DNA of 64,000 nt from a virus: IMG/VR virus record IMGVR_UViG_3300008050_000022, positions 41,938 through 105,937 of that record. The stretch is one strand, 5' to 3'. Shown piece by piece: positions 63,724 to 64,000 of the stretch. The position numbers were made by a program, and so were the translations under genes. Under the pieces are notes generated by a model. The model did not search any database. It was not told the origin of the DNA and saw only the letters and a list, made by a program, of their open reading frames with translations. Position 1 is the stretch's first letter, and each line of letters opens with the position of its first letter.

Positions 63724-64000
63724 TTAGGGGAGGTCTTTGCACATATCCCGTGTGAACCCGGCAGGCAGGCAATCACAGCACCCCATAGACTTAACCAGTT
63801 CAATTGCTGGCAGGCACGCCTCGCCCTCGGTCACCACACAGGCGGTGGCAGCGGCAGCGGTCGCTGCGCTGCAATAGGCTGTCTGCCACCAAGAGCAGCC
63901 CATGAGCAACGACGACGGCGCAGTGAGCTTTGCCTTGCAGGCTGGCTCTTTCTTGCACTCGCCAAGGTGCATGACGATTTCGTCGTAGTGCGCTACGGGC
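63724..64000 (-). CDS. Cys-rich protein, C-terminal part (5' truncated by window)
   Basis: Frame is open to the window edge; 10 Cys in the last 82 aa. Confidence 0.65.
   Translation of the reverse strand, partial: PVAHYDEIVMHLGECKKEPACKAKLTAPSSLLMGCSWWQTAYCSAATAAAATACVVTEGEACLPAIELVKSMGCCDCLPAGFTRDMCKDLP

Larger units (their letters stand above)
1..64000. mobile_element. Segment of a large lytic-type tailed phage genome (myovirus-like)
   Basis: Baseplate J-like, gp25-like, hub/lysozyme, tape-measure-like, rIIA/rIIB, endolysin, phage-type PolA/ligase/RusA genes. Tightly overlapping ORFs in long single-strand blocks; no host core genes. Confidence 0.95.

Noticed and set aside
1-64000. Stop-codon reassignment
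   Set aside because: Conserved genes (polA, ligase, rIIB, wecB) are full length in the standard code, and TAG, TGA and TAA all end genes at expected positions.

Overview
The window is a gene-dense, GC-rich (roughly 60-65% by eye) segment of a large tailed phage genome, probably a myovirus-like jumbo phage. I see no host housekeeping genes, rRNA, tRNA, CRISPR array, integrase or transposase. Four blocks: (1) 1-9.85 kb (+), replication/recombination: Zn-rich SSB-like gene, family A DNA polymerase, HU/IHF, RecA, Hjc-like and Cas4-like nucleases, RusA. (2) 9.87-45.76 kb (-), a long virion operon: tape-measure-like protein, hub with a lytic transglycosylase domain, gp25-like, baseplate J-like, PKD-containing wedge and a very large fibre-like protein, with a FliA/SigF-type sigma factor embedded in it. 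(3) 45.8-52.7 kb (+), small early-type genes, ATP-dependent ligase, rIIA/rIIB and a PLD nuclease. (4) 52.75-64 kb (-), hypotheticals, a three-enzyme glycosylation cassette (WecB, GT2, CgeB-GT2 fusion), an M15 endolysin and a Cys-rich peptide. The most interesting inference is a possible virion-packaged sigma factor circuit. The sigma factor and three small late proteins share a short N-terminal leader ending in K-[IL]-A. Two copies of a sigma28-like motif (TGAAAGA-N13/14-GGGATAAG-N4-CTGT) lie upstream of the + strand early/middle units. All functional calls come from motifs read by eye; no searches were run.
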